A stretch of DNA of 64,000 nucleotides from the human T2T-CHM13v2.0 reference genome, Homo sapiens (GCF_009914755.1 NC_060925.1), one strand, 5' to 3'; numbered from the stretch's first letter, positions 1-16,722 are shown. The notes: a model not told the origin generated them from the sequence alone. Made by a program: numbers and translations.

Positions 1-134
1 AACACTTTTTCAAATTGTATGTTTCTGAGTCATTTTTTTAAAATGATATGTTTGTTTACCTACATTAAATTAGATGATGCTGTGATACCACTCTTTCCCA
101 AATAAATGTGTTTCCTTTAGAGATAACTAGTTCA

Positions 135-684
135 GCCCATCCCCGGGTTCAATGAGTCACTAAGAGGACTCATAGGACTCAGCCTACTATCATGTAACAC
201 TAATGGCTATGATTTATTTCAGCAAAAAGATAACAAGCAGAATCAGCAAAGAGAAAAGGCATCTGGGGTGAAGTCTGGGGAAAACCAGGCACAAGCTTCT
301 AAGGCTCCTCTGTCAGTAAAATCACAAAGGATAAATTAACCCCCCAGCAGCAAGTTCTGTATGTGAAAACAGGTGTGAAATGTTGCCAACCAAGGGAGCT
401 CATTAGAGACTCGGTGCCCCACGTTTTTACTGGAGCCTGGTCATGTAGGCAGCCCCAACCTGGCACATATGGAAATACTGGCTTCCCAGAAGAAAGCAGG
501 TGTTCAGCACAAACCACATTGTTTGCACAAACAGTCTGGCACAATGAACCACTCTTATCAGTTAATGGTGGGAACCCTTGCAAAATCTCAGTTCTCTCCC
601 ACATACCAGCCAAGGGCCAACCTTGCAAGCCTGCCTTTTCACAGGCAGTAGTTCGGGCCTGTTATGTTAATTATTTTCTGCACA
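135..684 (-). mobile_element. MER21-family (MER21B-like) ERVL LTR, partial
   Basis: Matches the recalled MER21B consensus (ggactcacaggactcagc...cattagagactcagtgccc...gccaagggccaaccttgcaagc) and ends in ttttctgcaca, the LTR 5' terminus TGTGCAGAAAA on the minus strand. Confidence 0.8.
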
Positions 685-1095
685 ATATCATCAACAGAGT
701 GTCAATAATCATGATAGTGACATTTACAAGTTTGATGGGGTTCTTTTTGCCCCCAAAGCTGATGTCTAGTCCCTTTCTTTATCATGAAATTAACATTTAT
801 GGAGCCCTTATCACATGCCAGGCACATGGTTTAAATCTTTTAATATTTACAGTAAATGGGTCCTGTTTTTGTCACAGTTGTACAGATGAGAACATTTAGA
901 TCATATCATTTAGAACATATCATTAGACTTGCCCAAAGTCTCACAACTAATATTTGTAGTGCTGGGATTGGACCAGGAGGGCCTAACTCTGGAATAGGCA
1001 CTGGGGAAGTTCTCAACAGTTTCACCACACACCTTCCCTTTCTTTTCTTTCGTTTCTTTTTTCTTTTTTTAATATGGTCATCAAAAATAATTACA

Positions 1096-1099
<4 letters not shown>

Positions 1100-1139
<40 letters not shown>

Positions 1140-1140
1140 C
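1100..1140. repeat. (CA)n microsatellite
   Basis: About 20 CA units with one CG interruption. Confidence 0.97.
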
Positions 1141-1393
1141 CTATATCTCCCCATACTGTATGGACAGAACACAAATACAACCAGGTATATAACCTGGTGC
1201 AGACTGGCCTTCCAATATGTGTTGAGATGAATGAATAATGAAGCACAACATCTGAATGTCTAGCATTTAAGTACCGCATCCTTAAAATATCAACATCATG
1301 TCAACTCCTGAAACTCAGTAGAAGGACCCTAATGAAAGAAAACCTAGACAAGCCTCACCAATAAGTGCTTTAGTTACCTGTCCATTTGGACCT

Positions 1394-1395
1394 GT

Positions 1396-1427
<32 letters not shown>
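1394..1427. repeat. (TTTTG)n simple repeat
   Basis: Directly visible. Confidence 0.9.
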
Positions 1428-1428
<1 letters not shown>

Positions 1429-3573
1429 TCTTTTGAAGTTGAGAAGATTGAATGTCACATTTGAAATAATGCACATATTCATCACCAACAAGTTTTTTGA
1501 GTCCTTAAAATGTGCAGTGCACAGAATTACTGCCCTTTTTTCAGAGATGTGTCATCAGCAGCTCTGCTGGAACTACCCTAGAAAATTTGGCCACGGTTCT
1601 TGCTCTTGCTGTGTCTGGTCAAACCAGCAGGTTTGATCTGGGACTATAACTTCAATATGTGCCACCTGTGTTTCCATCAGAATGGAAGGGATTATAGCCC
1701 TCATCAAGTTGGACTAAGTGGTCTTCCCTGAATGGATTATCCAAGACAGCGCTCAACGAAAGAAACCACTGCTAGCTCTCTGCACATAAAATAAAATTTT
1801 TTTAAACTTCAAAAAAATTAAAATAAAAGCCAAGAGCCATAAACAATTGAAAGCATCTGATGCCTGCCTGGTGTTCCCGGTTCCTGCTGGAGCTCAGCTT
1901 CAGCCCAGGTGAGACCAGACGCTGTTGTCATACAACAGGCTTAGCCAAACATGTGGATTTGATTTGTCAGAAAGTTAAATTGGGGACTCTAGTGCCTTTT
2001 GAAAGACGTAATCTGCTCCAGAGACCTTGCAAAGGGCATGGCTGACCTTGCATCTGTTGTGAAACTGGTAATACCCTCAAGGCAGGGAGGAAAGCAAGTT
2101 TTGACAGAGCAGAATTGAGAAGCATGAAGCTGCCAGGAAAGCAGAGGCAGCATAAAGTAAGATGATAATGATAACTGATTTCTTCTTTGCAATTGATTCT
2201 TTCAGGATGCTATCCCAAGGTAATAATAAGACCTAATGTATACGATGCTTTACTGGTTTTTTTCAAAGGGCTGTCACATGTATGATCTCACATCCTCTTC
2301 ACAGCAGCCTGGAAAGGAGGCCAGATCTGCATTATTACGCCCATTTTGCAGATGTGACATAGGCATAAGGATAATGTGACTTTTCCAATATCTTGGAACT
2401 AGTGACTTGTCTTTTAATCTTGGTCAGTGCTGCTCAGTCTTCAATGTCCAGACAAACCACTTCAGGATCAGCAGGTTCAGTAGGCCTGGGGTGGGCTCAA
2501 GAGTCTTCATTTCTAACAAGCTCCCAGCTCATACAATAAGAAATCAGAATGCAGAATGCATTACTTTTAAATTGGTTATTTGTTCTTATTCTGAAATAAA
2601 GCCTTCATTCACAAAAAGCATAAAATTGCACAGATGCTTAAAAATATTATTATAGTCCATATACCGTATGACCTACTACCTGGGTAAGAATTTGAACATG
2701 ACCTGAAGGCTTCTCCCTCATGGCACCTCACCCCCATTAGCCCTCTCTCTCCTCCCAGGAGAAAACACTGTCTTGGCTTTTGTAATAATTATTTTCTAGC
2801 TTTTCTCTAGGAAATGGATGTTTTGAAGAGTTTTTTTGTTGTCGTTTCCCTGGTCCCTGATACTTTGAAATCACCAGTATTTCACACATGATAAAGGTAC
2901 ACAGGCCAAAGAAGTAGATCTTATCTTTTGAAATCTTTAGTAGGAAAATCCCCTAGAGGAGTCCAACTGGGGCTTGCTCTGCAAAAGTGTTCATAAAGAG
3001 ACGGTATCACCTGCACAAAATACTAACTTTAGGACTGGGGTGTCGTGGGAAAAAAATGGACCCTGGCTCCTTGCTACTATATCAAGTCAATATTTAACAA
3101 ATCAGTTAGAGACATTCAGAGTCTAATTCTGATGGCGGGACAGATAAGAAATGTCAGTATCCAGAGGAGATAATGAAACAGATGAGGAGGACTTTGCTAA
3201 ATGTTCCATCTGCCTTAGGTAGTCTCGCTTACAGTGTTTCCTATTCCTTTCATTTGACGAAATCATCAAGCCTAATTTTCAAGAAAACAAAATTTCCTAA
3301 AACAACTGCCTGTAAATATTATCTTTCCTTTGTTCAGCCCCCAGGCTGATTAAAAGTTGGACTGGCAGCACATTCAAAGGGGCAAGAACATAAGAGCTGC
3401 CAGTGGTTGTATTTAGTACCAGGTGTCTAGGAAGTCTTGATGTAACAAACAGAAGGATGGAAATTTCTCAGATAGCTTCTGACTAGGCCTGGGAACTTAA
3501 CAGAGAAGAAGGCCAAAAAAGGCTCCTGCTTCTCTAGAAACTGACCCTCCCTCAGGCAGTCTCTACTATGTGT

Positions 3574-4108
<535 letters not shown>

Positions 4109-4492
4109 GGATTTCCTCATTCTTAAATGTTAGACCCAGGGATGCTAAATATTCAAGATTTTAATGAGCCTCGGTTATTAAACCACTGGTAGCTTGAAAT
4201 CAGCCATGGTGGGAATACTTTTACCACAAAAACATAAGCAAATGCTGTAAATCAAGTCTCTTTCTGTGGAATGCTGGTTTACCGGAACACTACTGCCTAC
4301 ATCTGTGTGTGCCTTGTAGAGCCCTTGCACCACGTGGCTGCTCAGTATGTCTGTTAAATTGAATCCTCAGTTAAGAGACAGAGAGTTGTAAACAATGCTG
4401 CAGTCTTAGTGTCAAAAAATATCCAAAAACTTATAAAATTAGGGAACTAGATCCAAGATAGCTGAGTTTCTTTTGGGGATATGCAGTGATCA

Positions 4493-4493
<1 letters not shown>

Positions 4494-4540
<47 letters not shown>

Positions 4541-4580
4541 TCTCTCTCTCTCTCCCCCACTCTCTCTCTTTCTTTCTCCC
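4494..4580. repeat. Compound (CA)n-(TC)n microsatellite
   Basis: About 22 CA units followed by a TC-rich tract. Confidence 0.95.
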
Positions 4581-5626
4581 TACATATTGTAAACAGCATC
4601 AGCAGCTCTGTTCATTTAAACTGTTAACAGTTTTTGGATGGGGAGTTTCTGACTCTGGCATAAGTGTGTAATTATACACTTATATCCTGAAATATAAATG
4701 TAATCATCTAGTTTCCCACAGGACAGGAGTCCATAAAGCTACACTGATGTGTCTGAGAGAGATATGAAGGTGAAGAAGAGATAGGACAGTCAAGAGGCAT
4801 GCCTCGCCGTGTATCTTTATTTCTGTCCTCACTGTGTTGTCTGTGTTCTGGCATATTTTGACTTGCGCCTTTCTATGGCTGCCTCTGCACATATCTCCGT
4901 CTCTTCTGCTGTTGACTAGAGTGGGTAGTTTGTCTAGTTTTCTCTGAATTTGTTTGGGTCCCCCTCAGATCTCTATCCTGGTGAAAGAGGAGTATGCATA
5001 GCAAGTTTGGTTAGTTGCCTTTTCTGCATAGATTGCTATGTTTCTTGGCTAAGCATTCCCCCGGGCCTTGGAAAGCACTGACCCCTGCATTTCCAGGACT
5101 TGTTTGCATCCGGAAAATGACTAATTAGGTCCTTGGGACTTCCTTACATTCCTATCCCAGGTATCTTCTTTGCTTCTTCCACTGCCTTTTTTTTTTCTTT
5201 TTCCTTTTTTGACTGGCCAGAGAAAAGTAAAGAACAAAAGTAAAGCTCATAAACATAGACTATCCACTTTTACTTGTGTTGCAAAACAGTCTCCTGTGCT
5301 GCTGGCTTTCCTTCCTTTGCCCAGTCTTAAATGTTAGCGCTCCCCAAGGTTTTGTCTTTTGACCTTTGACTTCTGCCTCCTCTCACTTACTGGGTGGTCC
5401 TGGGTGATTTAATCCACTCCCTATTACTGAAACTGATGGCCCAAGCCAGACAGCCCCAGAGCCATGTATTCACTTACCTACTGGACATCTCTAATGGAAT
5501 ATCCCATATGTTCTCAATGCTTACATTCTGATCGACGCTTATTGCCTATTTCCTTAAACCTCAGCTTACAGGAGACATTCTAGACATCTTCTCCCTCATC
5601 TTCAGACCCATCCTATTGAGTCTACC

Positions 5627-6490
<864 letters not shown>

Positions 6491-6958
6491 ACTAACATAT
6501 GAAGGCCTGTGGAATTTGTTCTCTGTCAAGGTCTGTCCCAATCTGACCTGTGTTTTAGGATGATAACTCTGGTGATTTGTGGATATGAGTTAAAAAGGTC
6601 AGAGATTAGAAATAGGAAGCCCAGCAGGGAGTACATTTCAGTAGGCTAGGCAAGAAGGAAGAGGGCATTGTTCATAGGCTAGGGATGGGGAGTGCATATG
6701 GAGAAATGGACATGAGATATTTCTGAAGTAGAATTAGAGAGAGGCCAGTGTTTACTATATGCTCTGTACCAGCATAGGTGATATAGGGAGATGTGAGTAA
6801 GATATTAGTAAGAGCCAGCCAACAAATAGATACTCAAATATTTGGTTAATGAGGAACTTAAAATCTTTTTTGGAAAAAAGGAAAACCTAACAACAACAAA
6901 AAAAGATTCTAGTGAACTACACGTTTACTTCATCTGATTACAGAACCTCTCTTTCTCG

Positions 6959-7268
<310 letters not shown>

Positions 7269-7334
7269 TGAACACACATTATACTTACCATCTGTCCTGT
7301 TCTCTGCACATGTAATAACATACTGCCTTCTACT

Positions 7335-7625
7335 GTTTTGTTTTGTTTTTTTGAGACAGAGTCTCTCTCTGTTGCTCAGGCTGGAGTGCAGTGGCGCAAC
7401 CCTTGGCTCACTGTAGCCTCAACCTCCTGGCTCAGGCCATCCTCTTTTCTCAGCCACCTGAGTAGCTTGGGTTCCAGATGTGCTCCACCACACCTGGCTA
7501 ATGTTTTGTAGAGACAGGGTCTCGCTTTGTTGCCCAGTCTTGTCTTGAACCCCTGAGCTCAAGCAATCCTCCCACCTTGGCCTCCTAAATTGCTGTGAGT
7601 AGAGACATGAGCCACTGTGCTGGCC
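7335..7625 (-). mobile_element. AluJ
   Basis: Diverged Alu dimer with J-type features. Confidence 0.85.
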
Positions 7626-7859
7626 TTCTATTATTATTTAACCTTTTTATTTTTGTTAACCTTATTTTTCTTGCTAGATTTTAGATCTGTGAAAGGTCTA
7701 ATGATGTGAGGCCACTCAGGAAATGCACAGAATAAGCTCTGTGCCGTATTAGAAGGAAACAAATTGGATGGGGACTCTTGTCAGAGAAAACACCAAAGAG
7801 ATTAGAGTTGCAGTGGAATAATTCTTAAAAACACACGTAAGACAGCAAGTGTTCACCAA

Positions 7860-8280
7860 GAAGACTGGTGGCTACCAAATGCTTGCTCCCTTTTCCGTAG
7901 CAGAAAGTTGTTGTTGGGAAGTGGCTCTGCAGTCAAGGGCCATCTTCCCCAGCCCCACCATTCCTCTCCATGGAGTCATGTGATTCATTCTCAGCAAAGG
8001 AAAGTGAGTGGGAATAGTGGAGGCCACATCTGGGCCACCATGGTTAAAACGCAGATTTGTCTTCTCTATTCTCACTTTCCTTTCTGCCAGCTGGACATAG
8101 AGGATGCAGAGGGCCTGGAGGATAATGGATCATGGGTGAAAGAAGTTTGGGTGTCTGAATTACTGCATGGTGGAAAAACTCCCCCCAACAGGGAACTCTG
8201 GCTTTGGGCTGCTCTTTGAGAGAGACATAAATTCATTGTGTTCAGCCACTGAAATGTGGGAGGATTATTTGTTACAGCAG
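7860..8280 (+). mobile_element. Old MLT1-type LTR
   Basis: Ends ...ttgtgttcagccactgaaatgtggg...ttgttacagcag, a typical MLT1 3' end. Confidence 0.6.
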
Positions 8281-8870
8281 TGTATTAGTCAGGGTTCTCC
8301 AGACAGATAGGACCAATTGGTTATGTATACGTATAGAAAGAGATTCGTTGAGATTTATTGTAAGGGATTGGCTCATACAATTATGAAGGCTGGCAAGTTC
8401 AAAATCTGCAAGGTAATTAGCCAGGCATAGTGGCATGTGCCTGTAGTCCCAGCTACTTGAGAGGCTGCGGCAGGAGGATCACTTGATCCCAGGAGGTCAA
8501 GGCAGCTGTGATCATGCCACTGGACTTCAGCCTGGATGACAGAGTGAGATTCTGTCTCAACAATCAAACAAACAAACAAAAATTTGCAAGGTAGGCCAGC
8601 AGGCTGAAGACCCAGGGAGGGCTGATATACAGTTCAAGTCCAAAGACCATGTGCTAGTAGAATTTCCTCTTGCTAGGGGAGGTGAGACCTTTGTTCTATT
8701 CACCCCTTCCACTGATTAGATGAGACCCACCCACACCATGGCAGGCAATCTACTTTACTCAAAGTTGACAGATTTAAATTCTAATCTAATTCAAAAGCAC
8801 CATCACAAAAACATCCAGAATAATGTTTCACCACTATCTGGGCACCGTGGCCCAGCCAATTAACCACCCC
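8281..8870 (-). mobile_element. MLT2B-like ERVL LTR carrying an Alu right monomer (8416-8580)
   Basis: tgtattagtcagggttctccaga...ggattggctcatacaattatgaaggctggcaagt...ccatggcaggcaatctactttactcaaagt. The monomer is flanked by the TSD aaaat(c/t)tgcaaggta. Confidence 0.8.
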
Positions 8871-9597
8871 AAGCAGCTAACACTTCCTTTATTTGCACCA
8901 AGATGTGTTGCGACTAGTAGCCAACTCATGCAGAAATGTCATATTTCTCACTCCTCTGTCTTCACTTAGAGGCTGTTCCTACCCTGGTAAAGAAAGGCAC
9001 ATTATTTTCAAGGTATAGTGAATACCTCAAACTTTCCACCACGATATAATGACTTGTTTGCAAAAGCCCTGGAGAACAGAGCATAATCATGACATTGCAA
9101 TCCATTATGTCTGCATAGGAAAGGATATGGTCACCTGGGTTTTATTAAACAATTTCTGTCTCTGCCTAGAATCAGAATCAGGCACAGCGAAGATTACCAC
9201 CAAGGAGCCTGCCCCACGTTTCCATTTTCAACAGAAATAAATGATGGGTTATTCTTGTAGTTGAGTGCCCTTTAGAGTGAGGTCGCCTGACTTCTGTTGT
9301 GTTCACTGTTGTGCCTCTCATGTCTTGATTCTTATGATGAAGTTTATAAGCAGGGTAGAACAACAGGACTGAAAAGAGGATAGATATAAACCAGTACCTT
9401 AGGGAACAACTAGTAAAATTAGCTTCCTTACCTTTGGCAGCAAAAATGGGCACTCAAAAGCTAAGCATCTCCCCTGCCCCTTGCCATGTTTTATAAGAAG
9501 TGGAGGGGAATTAGTATTATTTCTTGGCTCTAACAATAAAACTAAAAAGTTTACTACAACCAGCATTCTGATCAATGCCCTGTAATAATCTAGGTAA

Positions 9598-9952
<355 letters not shown>

Positions 9953-10158
9953 AGGACTCTATTTCACAGGCATTTATTCACAAATATCAGTTGAGCATCT
10001 ACTATATAGTGCTATATAGCATTACATCAAGAATTGTAAAGAACTCGAAAAAGCACAAGTTGTGCTCTCATACATCTCAATAAACTCAAGATATAATATC
10101 CACGTACACTAACTTTGTGTGTGTGAGAGTGTGATGCTTAAAGGATAATGCTATTCTG

Positions 10159-10448
10159 CTTTTATTTATTTTTTTAATTTTTTGAGTCACTGTGTTGCCC
10201 AAGTTGGAGTGCAGTGGTGCAGTCACCACTCACTGCAGCCTGGACCTCCTGGGCTAGGTGATCCTCCTGCTTCTGCCTCCTGAGTAGCTGGGACCACAGG
10301 CACACACCACCACATCCAGCTAATTTTTTAAATTATTTGTATCCATGGTGTCTCTCTATGTTGTTCAGGCTGGTCTCAAACTCCTGGGCTCAAGCAATCC
10401 TCCCACCTCAGTGCTGGGATTACAGGTGTGAGCCACTGCACCTGCCCA
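10159..10448 (-). mobile_element. AluJ
   Basis: Diverged Alu dimer. Confidence 0.85.
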
Positions 10449-11083
10449 AGTCCAGGAGGAACTTTAACCCTCTGTGTTCCTCTTGGACTTTCCTTGTCTA
10501 GGATATCTGAACACTGTCTATGGCCGGTAGAATGGGCTGGTTTTATAGATCCTCTACCTTGAAGGCCAATCTGCCTCTCTGATCTCTTTTTAAAAATCCC
10601 TTTTTCCTCTGAATTGTAATGGAATTACATAATCACTACTGAGGGGATCTGGGACAGGGACAAGAGGGGATAGGGAGATCTTCTCATTTGTGGGGGAGAG
10701 TGGGAGTGTCCGGCAGCCCAGGGGCCTGTGGGTCTGGTCTACTTCCTGAGAGTCCCTCCCTGATTCTAGAAGGAGGACAGGGCAGACATGGCATGAGGAG
10801 GAAGCCTGTTGACTTGTTGACTTGCAAAGAATCTTAGCAAGGTGCCAGAGTGAATGCACCCGGACACGGGGAAGCCCACCATGTGGACATAGCTTGGTTG
10901 CTGCATGTGTAACTAGAAAAAATACAGTTGTCTGTTGCCGGCTTCCTGCTTCTCCCTTTTTTCCCCATCACTTGTTCTTGAAGCTAGTGGGAGTTGGATT
11001 CTTCCTGTTTGACCGTGTTGGAGTGATATCCTAGCCTTCAGCTCTGTGGCCTGCAAGCCCCTCAGGCCTCTCTCATACCTTAA

Positions 11084-11571
<488 letters not shown>

Positions 11572-11650
11572 TAGGGTTCAATCCCAGTAACCAAGCTCAC
11601 CAGTCCTTGCTCCCAAATATAACTGCTACTTTTCTCTTTTTTTTTTCAAG

Positions 11651-11767
11651 CTGAACCTCAAAAAGTTAGCCTGGCGAGGGGAGGATGATGAGATTTCCCC
11701 TGTTGTCACATAAACAAGGAAGTAAAGGGGGCCCCTTGTGCTCTCAGAACTCCAAGCATGAAACGAT
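11651..11767 (+). ncRNA. Candidate internal exon of a plus-strand lncRNA (possibly the CNN3 divergent transcript)
   Basis: Strong acceptor tttctcttttttttttcaag| ending at 11650 and donor gat|GTGAGT at 11768-11773, giving a 117-nt exon-sized unit. The lncRNA identity comes from recalled locus context only. Confidence 0.4.
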
Positions 11768-12867
11768 GTGAGTCTAAGCATTTAAATCACTTATCTGGGA
11801 TGAAGCATAAAAAGCTTGATTTTTTTTTTTTTAAACCAATTAGGTTTTAGCCTCCATGATACATTTTGGGGCCTGTGGTTATCACTGCAATTACACTTCA
11901 ATTCATGCATTGGATACTTTGAAAAGGTTTAATAAACAATAAGAATATCAGCTGCCATTTATATTTATGCTTCTAGCACTGTCCCAGGGGCTTTAATATG
12001 GTACCTATAACCCTTCCAATTATTCTCATTTTAGAGTAGAGATAACTAAGACACAGGGAGGTGAAAAAAATAAGCAAACAAAAAAACCTGCCCAAGGACA
12101 CACGACAGGTCAGAGGTTAAAAAAAAAAAATTAGCTGGGCGTGGTGGCGCACGCCTGTGATCTCAGCTACTCTAGAGGCTAAGGCAGGGTTCACACTCCC
12201 GGCTCTTGGTTTACCGAAGTTCTCATTTATTCCACTATCTCATAAGAAAAATGAAGCAAATCAAGTCACACTTTAAATCGACTGAGGAGATTTTGCTGTA
12301 GAAAGGAATCTGGTAAATCCCTTCATCAAGTAAATAATCCTTTGTGTGTAAATCTGGACTTATATAAAGTATATGTTTTTTGGCATGGTTAAGGTGAGCT
12401 ACCATGTTCCTTTCCGGAAAGTAAAGATGATTTAAGGAATATGAAGGAGGCCTTTGTTCATTCCTTTGATGGATATTTATTCAGTGCTCCTCTGTGGGAA
12501 TGCTAAGATGAGAAAAGCAGACGGTCCCTGTCTTCAGGGAGCATATCATTTTTCACTACCCCTTGTTATTGGGTTGCTAAAAAAGAGAATGTCTATTTTA
12601 TTTGTGGAAGTAAGTCAGTAGTTTAAAAAACTTTTATTTTCTTTTCTGCTTATCGCAGTAATACATCTCATTAAAAAGTGTAAAAAAACCAAACATTATA
12701 AGAATGTATAATACAAAAAGTTAGTTTTCAGTATTGCCAGCCCCAAAGAAACAACCACGGTTATAGATGAAAATTTTAACCCTTAAAACTCTTTCTCCAG
12801 AGGAGAAACAGAGAATACCATCTAGTAATTTCCCTATCCTGGCTCCTGCAGTACCTTCAGGACTTGG

Positions 12868-12906
<39 letters not shown>

Positions 12907-13261
12907 GGGCGGCTCCTGACCTTGGGGAAAACAGAAACACAGCTGAAAGTAAATATGGAACAAAACTCTGGCCATGGGGCCTGAGAAAGGCTTTTTTCCA
13001 CTGCCTTTTAAATGTATTTTCATGAAAAGACACCAAAGACATTTAAAGTTAGGATTGTTCTAGAAAATCCAGGATAGATAGCCACCAGATGTCTATGGGG
13101 AATCAGGGCACACCACAGTAAACACTCAATAGATATTTGCTGGAGGGAGGAATGAAGACTGTACTTATATTTAGAAAATTAAAACAACCCTGAAGTACAT
13201 GCTGGATTTTACAGGTTTTCGATTTATCTCCTCCTCTTTTTTTTTTTTTTTCCCCATGCAG

Positions 13262-13612
13262 AGCAAAGGGAAAAACAGCTAAGTGTTTCCTGGCTGAATT
13301 TTATTTTGCTTTCAGTTTCTGCCATTTCAGTTCCTGTTATCGTGCTTTGAGGTGCACTGAACTGCAGCAAACCCAGGGGATCCAAGGCTACGTTGAAAAG
13401 CCTTTGACCACAGTGCAGGGAGCAGAAGACATTAATGACGTGATGTCGACACAGCCCGCACTCAGGATCCTCCAGGAAAAGAACACAGAGATAACCCCGG
13501 ATCGATGGTACTTTTTGAAAATGCTTTATTGCAAAAGAGTGGCTAGGGTTTTACAAGGGCTATGAAGAAACATATTAAGGTTAATAAAGCTTTTTATTGA
13601 GTGTTTACTGAG
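13262..13612 (+). ncRNA. Candidate terminal exon of a plus-strand lncRNA (possibly the CNN3 divergent transcript)
   Basis: A long pyrimidine tract plus tgcAG ends at 13261, with an alternative acceptor gccatttcAG at 13330. AATAAA is at 13583-13588, followed by GT-rich tgagtgttt...tgagtgtt. Confidence 0.45.
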
Positions 13613-13820
13613 TGTTACTATGTGCTTTACATCTATTAACTCATTTCATCTTCAAAACAACCCTATAAAGATGTTACAACTATAATCCTAACCTTACAAA
13701 TGAAACAACTGAGGCACAGTGAAGTGCAGTGGCCTGCCCAGGTAAAAAGCAAGACAGAATTTGAACCCAGGCAGCCTGACCCCAGGGTCCAGGTATTAAA
13801 CCATTCTGCTATAGTGCCTC
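13580..13820 (-). mobile_element. MIR
   Basis: ctcatttcatcttcaaaacaaccctat...acaaatgaaacaactgaggcacag...tttgaacccaggcagcctgac matches the MIR core. Confidence 0.8.
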
Positions 13821-13917
13821 TAAGATAACAGAGAAACTTGATGAATTACTGGGTTACTGAATTTTAGTTTACATAGGTTGTTTTTTTCCCCTTAAGAGTA
13901 GAACAAAACATACCTGA

Positions 13918-14239
<322 letters not shown>

Positions 14240-14873
14240 AAAAATAACATTTAGAAAAGTTTTTAGCCTTGGAGCCCTGGAGGCAGAGGCCGCAGTGAGC
14301 CGTGATTACGCCTAGGCACTCCAGCCTAGGTGACAGAGCAAGACTCTGTCTCATAACAAATGACTTCCGATGGGACAGCCCAATGGGAGCTATAGAAAAC
14401 CAATGGGAAGTAAAATTGGATGACTTATGCCCTTGACTGCAGGAATGCAATCACCGTGGGTAATGGGAGGATAAATACGAGAATGGAGGCAGGGATTTAA
14501 GCCCTGCCATCCATGTTTACTAGCTGCAATTAACCCTGGGAGTTTCTTAGCCTCCAGAGTGGGCTTCCCTCTGAGTTGTGGGTTGGCCCCAAAGATGCCA
14601 AAATTTATTCCAGTTATAAGTTATATTTTAACCAAATTTCTGGTCTCCATTTTTCCTTGGAGAATCACACAAGAAAGGAAATAAGACTGAGTTTCCCCAA
14701 AAATAAAATTATGTCATTTTTCTTTTCTTTTGAATTCCATTGATAAGCTAAGTGTAGAAAATAGTCCACTGCTAGTGTCAAACTTGTAGATGAGAAGCAC
14801 AGCACATCAAACAAAAACCTCAAGGTGTAAGAGTCTTTTTTTTTTTAATCAAAATTATGCAAATAACACATGA

Positions 14874-15210
<337 letters not shown>

Positions 15211-15489
15211 TCAAATGTATAGAAACCCATGTTCAAAAAAGTTAGAGTTCTTCATTTCCTTAATTTTATCTCCTCCACGGGGTAAGTATAAATTTAAGTG
15301 AAGAAAATGATTTTAATAAAGTCAATTTAAAAAATTAGCTTCTGCTCTGAAAACCAGAATGACAAAATTTAGCCTTAGTTTGTGTTCTTGTTGTCATTTA
15401 TTCATTGATAGGCGGTATCTCTTTAGCTCTCATGGTAGTCAAGCTGTTATCTGAGTTTCAGGTACTATAAATGTGCTTTAATTGTGTAG

Positions 15490-15796
15490 TTTTTTTTTTT
15501 TGTTTTTTTTTTTTTTAGAGACAGGGTCTCATTCTATTGCCCAGGCTGGAGTGCAGTGGCATGATCATAGCTCACTGCAGCCTTGAACTCCTGGGCTCAG
15601 GCTATCTTCCTTCCTCAGGTTCCAGGGTAGCTGAAACTACAGGTGCACACCACCACTCCTGGCTATTTTTTAAAATTTTTTGTAGAGATAGGGTCTCACT
15701 ATGTCGTCCAGGGTGGTTTTGAATTCCTGGCCTCAAGTGATCCTCGCACTTCAGCCTCTCAAAGTGCTGGGATTTCAGATGCTACCATGCTCGGCC
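15490..15796 (-). mobile_element. AluJ
   Basis: Diverged full dimer. Confidence 0.88.
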
Positions 15797-15990
15797 TGTG
15801 TATTCTTTAATAGATCTGCATGATAATTCAAAAGTCAATTGTTCTCTCTTTAGTGCTTTGGGTAAAATGCAGTGGAGTGGAAAGTCGGCCTAGGAGCTAG
15901 AATGCCTTAGTTTTAGTTAGGGCTTTTGTGACCAGCCACCTGTGTCTTGGAGTATCTTTGGTCCTGTGTCCTCACCTGCTAAAAATATAA

Positions 15991-16359
<369 letters not shown>

Positions 16360-16722
16360 TCACATCTGAGTTAGTAACTTCTGTTGGTGGTACTCAAAGA
16401 AGAAGAAAAATATCTAATTTATTTTTCTTTTGCTGACTGCAAGCAGAATTAGCTTATTTGTGCTTTGGCAAACTACTACTCCTATGGTTCTGTCTTTTGT
16501 TTCAACCCCATAATGGCTATTTTGTATCTCAAACTTATATTCACATGATTACATCTGATTTATTTTGCATGTCAGTCTAACCACTAAGCATATGTCATCA
16601 CGTTACTTAATTTATAACAGAACATAAATTTGCTGTGTTGGCTCCTTTAGTTAAAATAGAATCTAGTAATTTACAGTCACCCACAAAGTAATTCACAGTG
16701 AAGAATACTAAATAACAATTAA

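Noticed and set aside
153-159. Isolated AP-1 (TGAGTCA) motifs here and at several other positions
   Set aside because: 7-mers occur by chance at this frequency and several are inside repeats. There is no support without chromatin data.
363-899. 178-aa ORF and overlapping ORFs
   Set aside because: It lies mostly in a MER21 LTR, starts at GTG, and has no recognisable domain.
12871-12903. Free-standing T33 tract (also T/A runs at ~49686-49708 and ~51120-51142) as orphan retro-tail insertions
   Set aside because: No convincing TSD or attached element was seen, so they are treated as simple mononucleotide repeats.
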